Below, in pieces: positions 49,840 to 61,820 of a stretch of DNA of 64,000 bases (its first letter is position 1; every line of letters starts with the position of its first letter). The notes below the pieces were generated by a model that worked only from the letters and a program-made list of their open reading frames with translations, made no database searches and was not told where the DNA came from. Where the stretch lies: contig CDPCPM010000196.1 of the NCBI GenBank assembly GCA_976551045.1, positions 3,162,001-3,226,000 on the forward strand, written 5' to 3'. Made by a program: the position numbers and the translations under genes. This stretch comes from Glaucostegus cemiculus. Lineage: Eukaryota.

Positions 49840-51150
49840 TATGTCTGTGCCTTGCCTATATAATTGCATCTCTGATTTTTTATTAAAGGCTTTGATTCTA
49901 TCGGATTCTATCATCTCCTCTTATTGCGAATTGCAGATATCGACCACTCTCGGTATAAACTGAACCTTTCTCTTCAAATATGATTTTTAAACTCATTCCT
50001 CTCACCATAAACCTTTGTTCTTTTGTTTTAATACTCCTGCGATGTTAAGAAAAATGATTCTGACTATCTGTCCTATCTATGCTTCACATGATTTTATATA
50101 TCTCAATCAGGTCATCTCCGAGGATCATTTACCCCAGGGAGAACAAACCAGATTGAACCAATCTATCGCTATAACAAAATGTTCCAATGCTGAAAACGTC
50201 AAAGGAATACTGTTCGGCACCCTCTGCCCAACGCAACTAAACTCTTCCTGCAGCAATGTAATCAGAACTGCACAACATACTACATATTCTGCGTAACCTG
50301 TGTTGAGTAATGTTGCGACATAACGTCCCAACTCTTACACTTGATGCCACGACCTACAAAAGCAAACATACTGTATGTCTTCTTTGCCATACGACTTACC
50401 GGTGTTGCTGCTTTCAGACCCTTCAGGTGTCCATGGAGTTGAAACCCAGGAAACACTGTTTATCACCTTTTCTGAGCAGCCAAACATTCGTTCTATATCA
50501 ACCACATCTATTTGACTTGCACAAAGTGCATGACTTCATGTTTATCATGATTAAACTCGACCTCTTCTGCTCTAATAAACTTGCTATGTGTTCGATATTC
50601 TGCCAAACGTCCTCCGTATGACCAACATCACCAATTTTACGCGTATTTGCAGATTTATTGATCATACATCCTGAATTCCTTCCAGGTACATTATTAACCG
50701 CAAGCATTCCAACACCGATAAATAAATCAATGTATTCCCCCTGTCAACAAGAATAACCAGCTCTCCTTGTGGCTTATGTCAACAGCCTACCATGCGGAAA
50801 GTTGTCAAAAGCCTTACAAAAGACAATAAAGGCAATTTATTGTCTTTTGTCTGCCTTCATCAATCTTCTGAGACACTTCAAAAACTCGAGCGAAGTAGTG
50901 AGACAGGAGTTCCCTTGCACTAATCGATCCTGATTATCACTATCAGCCGCTATCCTTCCAAATGTAAATGAATTACATTCCGTAAAATTCCCTCCGCCAA
51001 TTGGCAACCGCTGACATAATCTCAGCGCTCTGTAATTAGTGCTTATCTCTGTTCCCAATCATAAATAAAGGAACAACATAAGCTATACTCCATTCTTGTT
51101 ACACCACAGTTGTTACTAATGAATATTACCATCAGCACCCGAGCTATCTC
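49840..51150 (-). mobile_element. Highly degenerate CR1-like LINE (paralogous decayed copies at ~30960-31700 and ~60700-62700)
   Basis: 'LVQGNSCLTTSLEFL' (50837-51058) and a recognisable reverse-complement CR1 3' region. Confidence 0.55.
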
Positions 51151-54100
51151 CATCCTTCTTTCCCATTGCAAGCGGTGACGTTTCTCATGCAGTCAGATAA
51201 GCACATTTTTCGAACCCCTTTATGCATCATACGATATGAAACTGCTCCCCGTAGAAGGAAGTACTAGAATTGTTGACGAAGATGAACGACGATCGTGTAG
51301 TGGGTTTGTTCTCAACTTATATCGAGTTCTGCTAGCTGTGGACTGGAAAATCGCCTCATATTAGATGTCATTGTTGATGTCACCGTCTGAAATGGAGATT
51401 CGCACATAATGGTGGTGAGTGTGTACGGTTGAAACAAATTAGGATGAAATTCAGAATGTTTCTCTTTTGCGGGCAATACAGGCACGCCGGATCTAATCTG
51501 CACAGAAAGCAATGATTAATCCGGGTTTCTGATGGATGAGGAAACGGCAAAGTGTGTAGGTACATCGAAAAGAAAGCAAAAAAAAAAAAGAAGTATGAAT
51601 TCAAGAACAACAGCAGCCGGTATATTCAGCTTGTCAGGTCGCATCGGTGGGAAAAAAAATCTGGTTTGACCGTTCAGCTCAGGGAAAAAAAAATCGAAGG
51701 TAAAATATGCTTTGAGTCACAGAATGGGGGAGGATGGAAAAATATAATAATTGTCGATGATCGGGTGGACCAATTTGACAAAGATCCAGATGACATGGTT
51801 GTTCTATTGCATGGGAAATGTGCAATCGTGGTCCATTAACGGAGGAAAGAGTGAACCAGCGGTACCGACTTCTCGTCAAAATCTCATTTCATCTTGCTTT
51901 TAAGAACTGTGAAATTCACGCAATCATTTTGCCACCTCTGCCTCTCCCAGGGTTCGCATCTTCCAACACGTTTCATTTCCCACTTTTCAGTTGCTGATTA
52001 AGGATCGTTGGAGAGTGACGGTCATAAGGTCATTCAGGTCAGATACAGGTTTCTCAGTTCTCCCTAATTGCAAAGCTACTCTGGCAATGCTAATTCCGTT
52101 ATTCAAACCAAGTGAAAATGCATCTGGATGTGGTAAAGGAATTCCAAATGTCGGAGTTCGAATTTACGCTTTTGGGATGCCAGAAGTTGTCAGATCATTG
52201 GTCCAGTCAAAACAAAGGCACGAGTAAACGTAAATGAAATAATTCCTGACATTGTTGCGAACTAAAATTGCAGACTAAAATTATAAAAACAATGAAGCTG
52301 AAATAATGTTTTAATCGAAAACAGTCTGTAAAGAAACGACTACATTTCGGAAAATAATCCGGGTGAGTTCGGAGCATAAATGTATTGGACCTTGTTTCAC
52401 GTTTCCTCTTATCATTTTATACTTGCTCTATTCCCTGTACTCTCTGAGTTCTGATGCAGGGCTTTGACCCTAAATCTTTGTCTCCCCACGCTGCTTGACC
52501 AGCAGAGTTATCTGTCAGCTTAATATTTGCTCCAATTTCTGGCACCTGCAATATTTTTGGTCGCTGTATGGTAAATAGTTCTCTGAATGTTTCTTTTTCA
52601 TGTTTCCTGAAAAACTATTCGGTGCTTGAACCATCCGACATTCCCGAATCACCACAACAGTTTAGGATCGCTATGACTACTCTGACAACTTGGCATTAAA
52701 ATAGATTTGTTGTTTCGTTCTAATTCAGTGTTTTTTCTTGTATCACATCAGTATAATTTCTGTTTAATTTATGTTTTCTTCTTGTCAATGTTGTTTATAC
52801 GATCCTATGTGCCTGTGATGCGGCTGTAAATAAGATTATCATGACACCGATGCATTTATGTATTTGTGCGTATGACAATAAATTCGTATTTGAATTTTGA
52901 CTTTGATTTTGTAAATATTCAACAGGGAAACACGCAGCACGTCGTGATTTCCCCGAACTCTCCCTATTACTGAGAAGGGATGTGTATTGATAGTAATATT
53001 GTCTGTAAGCAAAGAAAAATGAAGGGCAGGGATGCAGATTCGTACATTGCGACTGTCTGATCCTATAGAGGGTCTGTCCTTCAAAAATCAAGTTGAAGAT
53101 TGCCAATGTATGGATGAACTGGAATCACTGACGGGGGAACGCGAGCATTTTCTGCAGTACACAGCTGTCATCATGGAAATGGATATGGGATTTAGGGTTC
53201 ATCAGTTCTAAGCATCGCCGATTTGTGACATTGATGATTGTTTTCAAATAAGTTAACTTTGCTTCGCTAATTCCTACCGTTCTCAGCGGCGCCTGCAGCA
53301 CGATTACCTCATGGTTATCCATGGAATAGTGTCGGAAACAGCATTTACTCCGTAAGTAATGTTACCCACAAGTGCTCAAGAAGCTTGACTGTTCTGCTAC
53401 GAGCCGTTAGCTGCAATACCACTTACATCGTGTTTTAAAAGATCCCGAGTATTACAATAATCCAGCATTGTTCATTAACCTTTACTGACAATTGAAGACA
53501 CCCGGAAAACTGAGAACCTTCTTCAATAAACTTTTCTCTTATCAATACAAAACCTGAGCTTCAATTCCTGACATCAACGCATTGGCAATATTGGGCAACA
53601 AAGAAGAAAAGTGTGGTTGAATATTGTGATACATTTTCCACCCTTTCCTCCCACATCCTAACATTTAGAAATAAAAAAAAGACTGCACAGCAATTCTGCG
53701 TAGAGCTCAGACAGCTGAAGTAAAAGGCGTTTACTGAACATTAAATAACACACTATAGGTAGGAAAATATTTGAAATGTATGTCTTCTTGAAGTTATACT
53801 TAGACGAATGCGGAGTGTTTTTCTGGACAATGGGTCAATCCCTTCCCTGCAATCGACTTAAAACCTACCAATGCTGCAGTGAATATGTTGAATATGTCGA
53901 ATTTATTTTGACGTGGAAAGAAAACACTTCCTGATAGTACATCATTCTGATAGTACATCAGAGGCCATGACTCAGAACATCTAAATGGACGACAGTTTTG
54001 GCATCTGAGATGGCCGATATTTGACACTGAGTGTGTCTTGTAAATTATATCACTGAACTTTTATCTTGCGACTGCTGAGTAAGAGTGGATCCTTGCAATA

Positions 54101-54589
54101 ATCTGGACGGCATTCTGACGATGTATTCGTCGCGTTATAACGTGATCAGGATGCATTCGCTGTCGTGGGGTTGATGAGAATATTTCTATTACATGCAGTT
54201 AAGAGTCATTGACCTGAATATGCGTGTTGTTTCTGTGAAAAAAATACGCTCCTCTACCTCGGCAGTGAGTTTGCTTCCTCCTCGACATACAGAAAGAACA
54301 CTGAAACAACTCAAACCGTTGAGCAGCAACCGTCGGAACAATGACTTTCAGTCGAGGTTTCGAAGCGATACCACATCAGGGCGCACAGGGAAGAGGAAAC
54401 ATTGCAGGGCATTGTAGAACTTAGGGGCTGGGTGAAAAAACAGTGGTGGGGGTGACTGGTGGTGTCAGATGATGTGACGGTTGATGGTTAGATGGAACCC
54501 CGTTGGTAAATGCTGGGACAAGGACCGGATTACTGTGGGATGATGGGTAGAAGGAACAAAGAGGAGAGTTGAACAACGAGAGAATAAAA

Positions 54590-54880
54590 CTTGGTGGTTA
54601 AACAAGTGTGGTGGAGAAAAGCACGGGGAAATTGAGATATTCAATGTTTTTGTTAACATTCGGATGAAAGCCACCAAATTGGAATGTGCAATGATGCTCT
54701 TTCGATCTGGTCTTTGGCCTCTCCGTAGCAATGTAGAAGGCCGTGGACAGGCATCTAGGTGTGAGAGCAGTGTTGAAAATACATGTAAACGGAAGCTCAA
54801 GATGGCCCTTGCCTACAGAGTGTTGGAACTCCACAAAACGGTCGCGATATCTACCCTTCATTTCACCAAAGTAGCTAAGG
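54590..54880 (-). mobile_element. Penelope-like GIY-YIG endonuclease C-terminal fragment
   Basis: YFGEMKGRYRDRFVEFQHSV...PFTCIFN...KEHHCTFQFGGFHPNVNKNIEYLNF resembles the Penelope EN end. Confidence 0.65.
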
Positions 54881-55455
54881 TTATATCAATGTACTATACC
54901 AGATTGAACAGGTTAAACGGCATGTTGGTGATATTATCGTTCCGCTATTCATCTGATATGAAATACAATTGAATTCACTGCCTATCTAATCAAACAATGC
55001 AGATTGTCTTTATTATGTCATGCAATTATTGATTTAGGTCTGAGTGCAATTCCAAGGGATCAAATGCTCATCGACAGATCTCTCTACATATTTTTGTTCT
55101 GCTGTGCATGACTTTCCTGGAAAGTTATCATACTGCATCAAAGTCTCAGAATATTTGTTTGATTTACTTATCCCATGTGTAGCTGCAGATTATAATATTT
55201 AAATTTTACATAACGGAAAAGAAAGAAGATGCAGAATGGATTCCGGCGAAAATCACCAACAAAGCGTTCATTCAACAGAAACGGCATGTATTCCATCGAA
55301 CATTTTCTCAAAGACTACTGCAATAAATATTATGGCTTTTGTCTGTTGATTCGTTTGTTGAAAACGTTAAATGCTGAAACATCGGTATGCAGTTTATCAT
55401 TTGAAGCGTGATCAGATTCACAACGAAAGAACAACCTAATTATTGAAATCATGAG

Positions 55456-55587
55456 ACTGAATCATTCCAGCCATCTTGCCTGCTGATTCTACCATGGGGA
55501 TTTCTGTGAGATAGAAATAGCAGCTTAATGTGATATCAAAAGATCCGTGTTGCTGTTCAACTATCTGGAAACGTTGTTTCCCTTTCT
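55456..55587 (+). promoter_or_regulatory. Orphaned promoter/5' UTR of locus G with degenerate TATA (TAGAAAT)
   Basis: gactgaatcattccagccatcttg...accatggggatttctgtgagatagaaatagc aligns to the E promoter at 36298-36430. Confidence 0.7.
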
Positions 55588-56355
55588 TGTGGTTTTCCGA
55601 GATTCAGTTGACCAGGAGACACAGAACATTCTTCAAGAATTTAAACTTTTATTTGCAAACAAAAGTTGTGACCGTCAAAGAAAACAGATACTGAGCACGC
55701 TCAGACTGCCCTCAGACTGCTTCCGAGCATGGCTCACGGGGCTTTTTTATACCTTTTTCATTGCTCAATTACATTATCCCAATCAATCATTTTCCCTCTT
55801 ATCTTCACAGTTCTCATCCTTCAAACATTTGTATCCCGTGCAGCTGGTTTTCTGTCTCAGTCATTGGGAGCCCCAGTTATCTATGGGCCTTGAGCGCATG
55901 GTACTAGGTTTATTAGTTTGCAACATAAAACAATAAAAAAATGCTATTGCTACATGTTATTAGTTATCAAGTTATGCCACTATCACCCATGAGCTCTAAA
56001 ACTTCACTAGCACCTGGCAAAACCATTAGCTACAAGAAACTATTGTCAAAGCATTCGTCGCGCTTCGCAATAAAGACCATTTGCTGCAGAATGTGCCCAC
56101 AGTGTCTTCCTAGGAATGTGTTGATCATCTATTTAATGAAGTTGACAAAAGGCCAAATGTTATACTTTCCTCCTTAAGATCTGTTGGCCATTTGTTTAAT
56201 AAGCTGCATATTTCCGCACCGTGTTTCCAGCGCTAGGGCTGAAGAAGAACAGCAGCCATCTTAGGAGGACCAGCGGCCATCTTAGACACGTAACAAATAA
56301 TGAATAAACACGAGTACAGCCTCCATTTTCTAATTTAAATATTCTATACCTTACA
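55588..56355 (-). mobile_element. Solo LTR (768 bp), antisense, inserted just before the start codon of G
   Basis: The minus strand starts TGTAAGG and ends ACCACA. A minus-strand TATAAAA (plus ttttata ~55745) and AATAAA (plus tttatt ~55648) occur in U3-R-U5 order. No clean TSD is visible. Confidence 0.75.
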
Positions 56356-56357
56356 TT

Positions 56358-59210
56358 TTGGAACAGCCTGTAATCCTGCAGAGGGAAAGTATTTATCATC
56401 CTCTTCTTGTAACAGTTGGAGTTCCAGATAAGACACCCAAAGAATGGCATTGCAATTACATGTTGATGTGCTTTCCTCGCCGGCATGAATACACCACAGC
56501 CAAACTATGTGAAAATGATTTGTTTTATTTCACGTTATTAACGCAAACACCTCACTGATATAAAATTTTTAAATAAGTCTGAATGGTTTTCTTCAATGAT
56601 GTACCTGAATGGCAATATTTTGAAGGCATAATTTGCACACGACTTTAAGCAATGAAGCTAATAATATTAGAACTCGTCTCAGGAGGGAAAATATACATTT
56701 GTTTCATTCCACACAGCCCACTGAAAGACGCCCTTCCACTTGATCGAAAACAGGCTGCTTCAGCCATGGCAGAATGCATGGTTCAAAGACAGTTCTCTTG
56801 TAAAATGCAAAGGTTCCTGATTTTCCGTTTTGATTCTACGCACCAGATTTTCCAAGAGATTCGGGACACAAAGGAACAATAAATTACGATGCCATACAGT
56901 CTAGGTTACTTGGCGCCAAAGATCATTTAAAAAAATCAAATTTAGAATTCATTGTCGAAACAAAAAAGATGTAAAGTCGTTTTCACGGATGCTATCCGGA
57001 TCACCGACCAAAATGTGCGGACGATACAGCCGAATCCATCACAATATATGCAAGCGGCAGTCTCCTTCTGACCGAAAAATTGTCTGTCAGTAGTACCGAA
57101 TGGAATGCGTGGTTTATTTTAATGCTTGGTACATTTGGCATTAAGCGCGCAGTGAAAGTCAAAATATTCTCTTGGCAATGACTTGTACCTATTCGTTGAT
57201 GAACCACGATTTATTTTTCAGAATAATTCTTAATTTTAGTCTTTTTTAAAGATGTGAAATGTTTTATGCAACAAAAGACATGAAAATATGACGTTGGAAT
57301 TAGCCAATGAGCAAGACTTCCTGAGATTTATAGCACTTACGTATCCAAAAAATTGAATTTGTAATTTTGCCAGATATTTAGGAGAAAGTTAGCGCTATTG
57401 TTCCCCATCGTTTTTTGGAGGGCTGATGATTTACATGTCGTGGATGTGTTGAGCCACAAACGTTTTAGAAGGTGGGCAGGGCGGAGAGACAGGGTTGCCA
57501 GAGATACCGCTGTTTGAGTCGACATATTTAAAGATATGGCTTGGAAGAAATCCGAAGTGTATCAGGAAATGGAAAGACATTGAGCCTAAACACAGCGAAA
57601 GGAACCGATGTTTCTATACGCATGATGTTGCATATCATTCAGTTTTCGCGTTGACGCGGTAGCTGGTCTTGCTCAGCTTATGGCTCCACCTATTTTCTAA
57701 CCAGCATATTACATTTACAGCAGCCAGTGCTCGATACATTTTATTATGTTACATTATTATTTTGAAGATGCATGTGTACTTACACTCTATGTTGATTGTA
57801 AGACGGAATGGACAGCTCTTCTTATAGCAAAAGGCCACCGCTATTTTCCGAAGCAGGATGTTAGACCTCCCTTCCTGAGGTTTAGTTTTCCACGTGCTTT
57901 CACTTCGCTTTGTACAATGGCCGATGAAATCATGCATTCAAAACATTGTTACCGGCATTTCTTCAGCAGGGAACGAGGACGCAGCAGTTAGCGTCGCGCA
58001 TAAGGGGTATACACTTGGTACGTCCTGATTCAGTTTGATTTGAGCCATTAACTCATTGAAATTTTGTGACCATGGACATCGATCGTGCTGGGCAGCGATG
58101 ATTGATCTGGATCCAACAGTCTATTTTCCACTGTTGACAATATTCCAACATTTCAAAACACCCGCCCTTCTACGTTGAAAGCGGAATTATCAGGGGAGCT
58201 TAAGGTATGATGGCAGAATTGCCTACAGTTTATCTCCCTGTTCATTGGTGCAATGACCTGTTGAAGAGTACGCATGAACATAATTAGCATCGGGTTATCA
58301 AATTTATTCCGGAGTAACAGTCATCGAAATGTCAAAAGCGTCATTTCAAAAGTGATAGTAGACCCGGCAGGGGAAGGAAAAGTTTATATTTTCATTTTCA
58401 GGAAATTTTCATTATTTGTCAGGAAGTTCATATTTTTTAAGTAAACTGATTTATTTGGAGATGGCCATACTCTATCTGTGGACTTAGAAAACACATTGGA
58501 TTAGTTTTTGCTTGCCTACGGCCACCAGAGATATTGAAAAGCAATGGTAAAAGTCGAACAACATCGAGTTGCCAAAGGTTGTTGGACTTACAAGAAGGAT
58601 GGGCTGAGAATATACCCCGTGATACCGATTCGTCATGTGCATTAATCCAGTCTGCAGTTTCTCCATTGGACGTGGAAAATCTACTGCTGGCCCACCAACT
58701 CGGATTTGTCGGCGTGGACGTGCTGTCCATGGGACGTGATACTGGAGAGCGTACGATCTTCAAATGCAAACGTTCTCATTACTAAAGCAAAGCAAATTAT
58801 AGCAACTGTAGAGATAACCAAAAATTAGACAATATTTCATAGACAGGATATTTTAACGCAAATTGCACCGCCATTTCAAAAGAATCCTCTGGGTCCAATT
58901 AGAATAAGTGAAGCACGTTTTCATAATCATTGTTTTCTAATTCTAAAGTTAATTCCGAAGTATTATCAGAAAAAAAAGTGTATATAAACAACAAATCGCA
59001 AGAAAGGGGAGGTCTATTTCACTGGTTATTTTTCGTTTTTGATATCATTTCCTCTTTCCACGTTTGTAGCAAATTTGGTCGCAAATTTTATCCTTTCCTC
59101 AGGAGAGTGAGGTCTCTCTACATACGTAATTCAATATTTTATATCAATGGCAGCAGCAGATCTCATGGTGCGGTTTTTAAATATAATTTTGCATGTTTTT
59201 AAGGAGGCTA
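56358..59210 (+). pseudogene. Locus G: GPR139-like pseudogene (exon 1 56358-56427; exon 2 fragment 59070-59210)
   Basis: Exon 1 reads (TTG)EQPVILQRESIYHPLLVTVGVP g|ATaag, so both the start codon and the GT donor are lost. Exon 2 after tttgtag| reads ANLVANFILSSGE*GLSTYVIQYFISMAAADLMV..FKEA and is then truncated. Confidence 0.88.
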
Positions 59211-61104
59211 CCTGAAATACTTCTGTTCGATTATCTTTCATTGGGGCTGAAAAAATGTTCAAGTCAATATGATGTGGTTATCATAAAATCTGGAGGGTAG
59301 AGAGACAAAAATGCATGTATTCTGACAGACACCAAGATTGAGGGAATATACAAATTATGCTGCTGTCAACTGATGGCGGCCTTTCAGGCTTGTTAACCCC
59401 ACTTAAAATCACCGGAGAAGATGGATAGAGAAGGTGCAGAAAATTCAGAGCGAGCAAATCACATGGAACTATAGTTCCAGAAACACACACACACACACAT
59501 AAAACGGAAAGAATTGCTAAAACACCTAGCAGGTTTGGTAGCATCAGTGTTGAGAGAAAACAAAGCTAATGGTGGAGGTTGATGACTTATTATCTGAATT
59601 TGTCAGTTCTGATGAAAAGAATAAAATCTTGTTGTCGAATATTGTCCAATTCTATACCCTTATGGACCTAAACTGCCATGAGTCAAAATGCCGTTCGGTC
59701 AGAGCAGGTGAGGCAGTTGGACAGGCTACTTTACATTCGGCATTTCTCCTGCGAAGTGAACATTCGTTTTCCCAAATATCATCATACTGGTTAGCCGTTG
59801 TGTATTTGGACATGTTTCCATCACGGAGAAGACGACATGTTCAGCAATGAGTGCAGTGTACGAAGTTGTAATTATGACTTCATTCCTGTTGAGTCCAGAT
59901 ATGTTTCCATTTGGAAGACGATATGCCATCCAAGTTGTAATAAGGTGCAATGTCTTGCATGGTTGAGTCTAGAGGGGCCCAGAAAAGGCGGGTGGTTGTT
60001 GTAGATCGAAGAGTGAAGCTGAGAAAATAAGCTGTTCAGGGAGAGAATGAGATGTGACATAATGACATCACTTCCGTTCAGTGTGCGGTTGATGATGTAA
60101 AGGCTGAAACAAGGGAACCGCTGTTGCATTCTGGATTTGGCAAATACTGGTTGACGTAGAAATGAGGGATATTGTACAGGCACGTTTCTGAAGCCAGTCA
60201 TCTCTTGACCAAACGAAGCCATGGTGATGAAAAAGGGAAGTAATCTGGAAAACATTCGTACGGAATATTTCATCGTCAGAACAGATGTGCAGAAATTCAA
60301 GACGGGGGAATGGAATGAATTACTTATTGGAAACAGGAAAATATTACATTCGCGATATCTATGAGGACTTACATCCTGTTATTTGAGGTGGAACTAGAGA
60401 AGTCGAAGAAGGGCAATGAAGAGTCAAGCGATGGCCTCGTGAATGCAGTTCACGAACGGGCAAAATTAGTACCGGAATTGTAGAAAGGTAAGATTCAACG
60501 TGAGAACATGAAGCAACAGGAATGCAGTTATTGGGCTCAAAATAAAGTCCTAATAGCGGAAACTCGAATTGGAATCATGGAGATGCGCAGCAACGATAAT
60601 TTGCCTTCCGTCTACCTCGCCCACAACCACTTTTTGCCTATTTATATTAATCCTATCTGATAGCATCTGAACAATACCCTCCATGCTTTGACTATAGAAA
60701 TCTTCTATTGCACGTTCTGATTGTAGCAGATTTTATATCCTCCACTGTTAGCGAGTATCAGATCTTTACGACTCTTGGTATTAACTAAAACTTCTTTTTC
60801 AAATCGATAGTAAATCTCTTTCATATCGCTATATAGCTATGTCCTTTTGTTTTAGGACCCAATGCATTGGGGAGGATAAAAATGCAGATTATTTGTGCTA
60901 TCTGAGCCTCTCATGATTTTATATTTCTTCTTCAGTCATCCTTGCACCTCCTTTGGTCCGGGGTATGCATACCAAATCCATCTAATCTCGCGGCATAAAA
61001 ACCTGCTGCAATGCCCGCAAATTCCTGGTAAATCTAGCCTGCAAGCAGAATTATTTTTCAACCAGAAATGCACACATTACTCAAAGTGTGGTGTAAACAG
61101 CAGC

Positions 61105-61820
61105 AGCAGCGTTGCCACTTTGTGCGGTGGCTGATAAGAGCAAACCTGTCCTCCCCACCTTCGGCACATTCTAAAGGGTACCATTGAGAGTGTCCTGACG
61201 AGCTTTATCTCTGCCTAGTACGACAACTGTAACATCTCTGATCGGAAGACATTGCAGAGAATTACGAGTAAAGCTGGAAAGATCATTGGGGTACTTCTTT
61301 CCTCCATCCTGGAGATTTGCAAGACACGATGAATACGCAAGGCCTGCAGAATCATAGATGACGTCTCTCATCCCTCCCACGACCCTTCTTCCCACTGCCC
61401 TCTGGCAAACGGTCCCGAAGCATCAGGACCAGAACTACGACATTGCACAAGCTTTTTTTTTTCCGTCAGGCTTTCAGGCTCCTCAATAACCTGCGGCATC
61501 AAAAGCCTCGGTTTGCACAATGGCGAATAAGAACTTTGACTGCTGCTGAACATGTTTATACAATTAGTACAGCAAACTGAACTTTGTAGTTTTCTTCTTC
61601 CAACTCGGTTTGCCACTAACTCTGCAGTAAATTTGTGGTTTGTATGTAGCTTTTCTTTGTACTATTTGTATTTGCACATTTTTTTTTGTTTGCGTTTATT
61701 GTATGCCTTCTGTTCTATGTATGTCCTCTGCTGTATGAGTCTAGGAAAAAGGATATTTCATTCCGACACGTGTTTTTATAGCATGGATGAATGACAATGA
61801 AGTAACTTGAACTTGAACAG
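61105..61820 (+). mobile_element. Rex1/Babar-like LINE 3' fragment
   Basis: gggtaccattgagagtgtcctgacg...cccactgccctctggcaaacgg...caagcttttttt, with an (acttga) tail. Confidence 0.8.
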
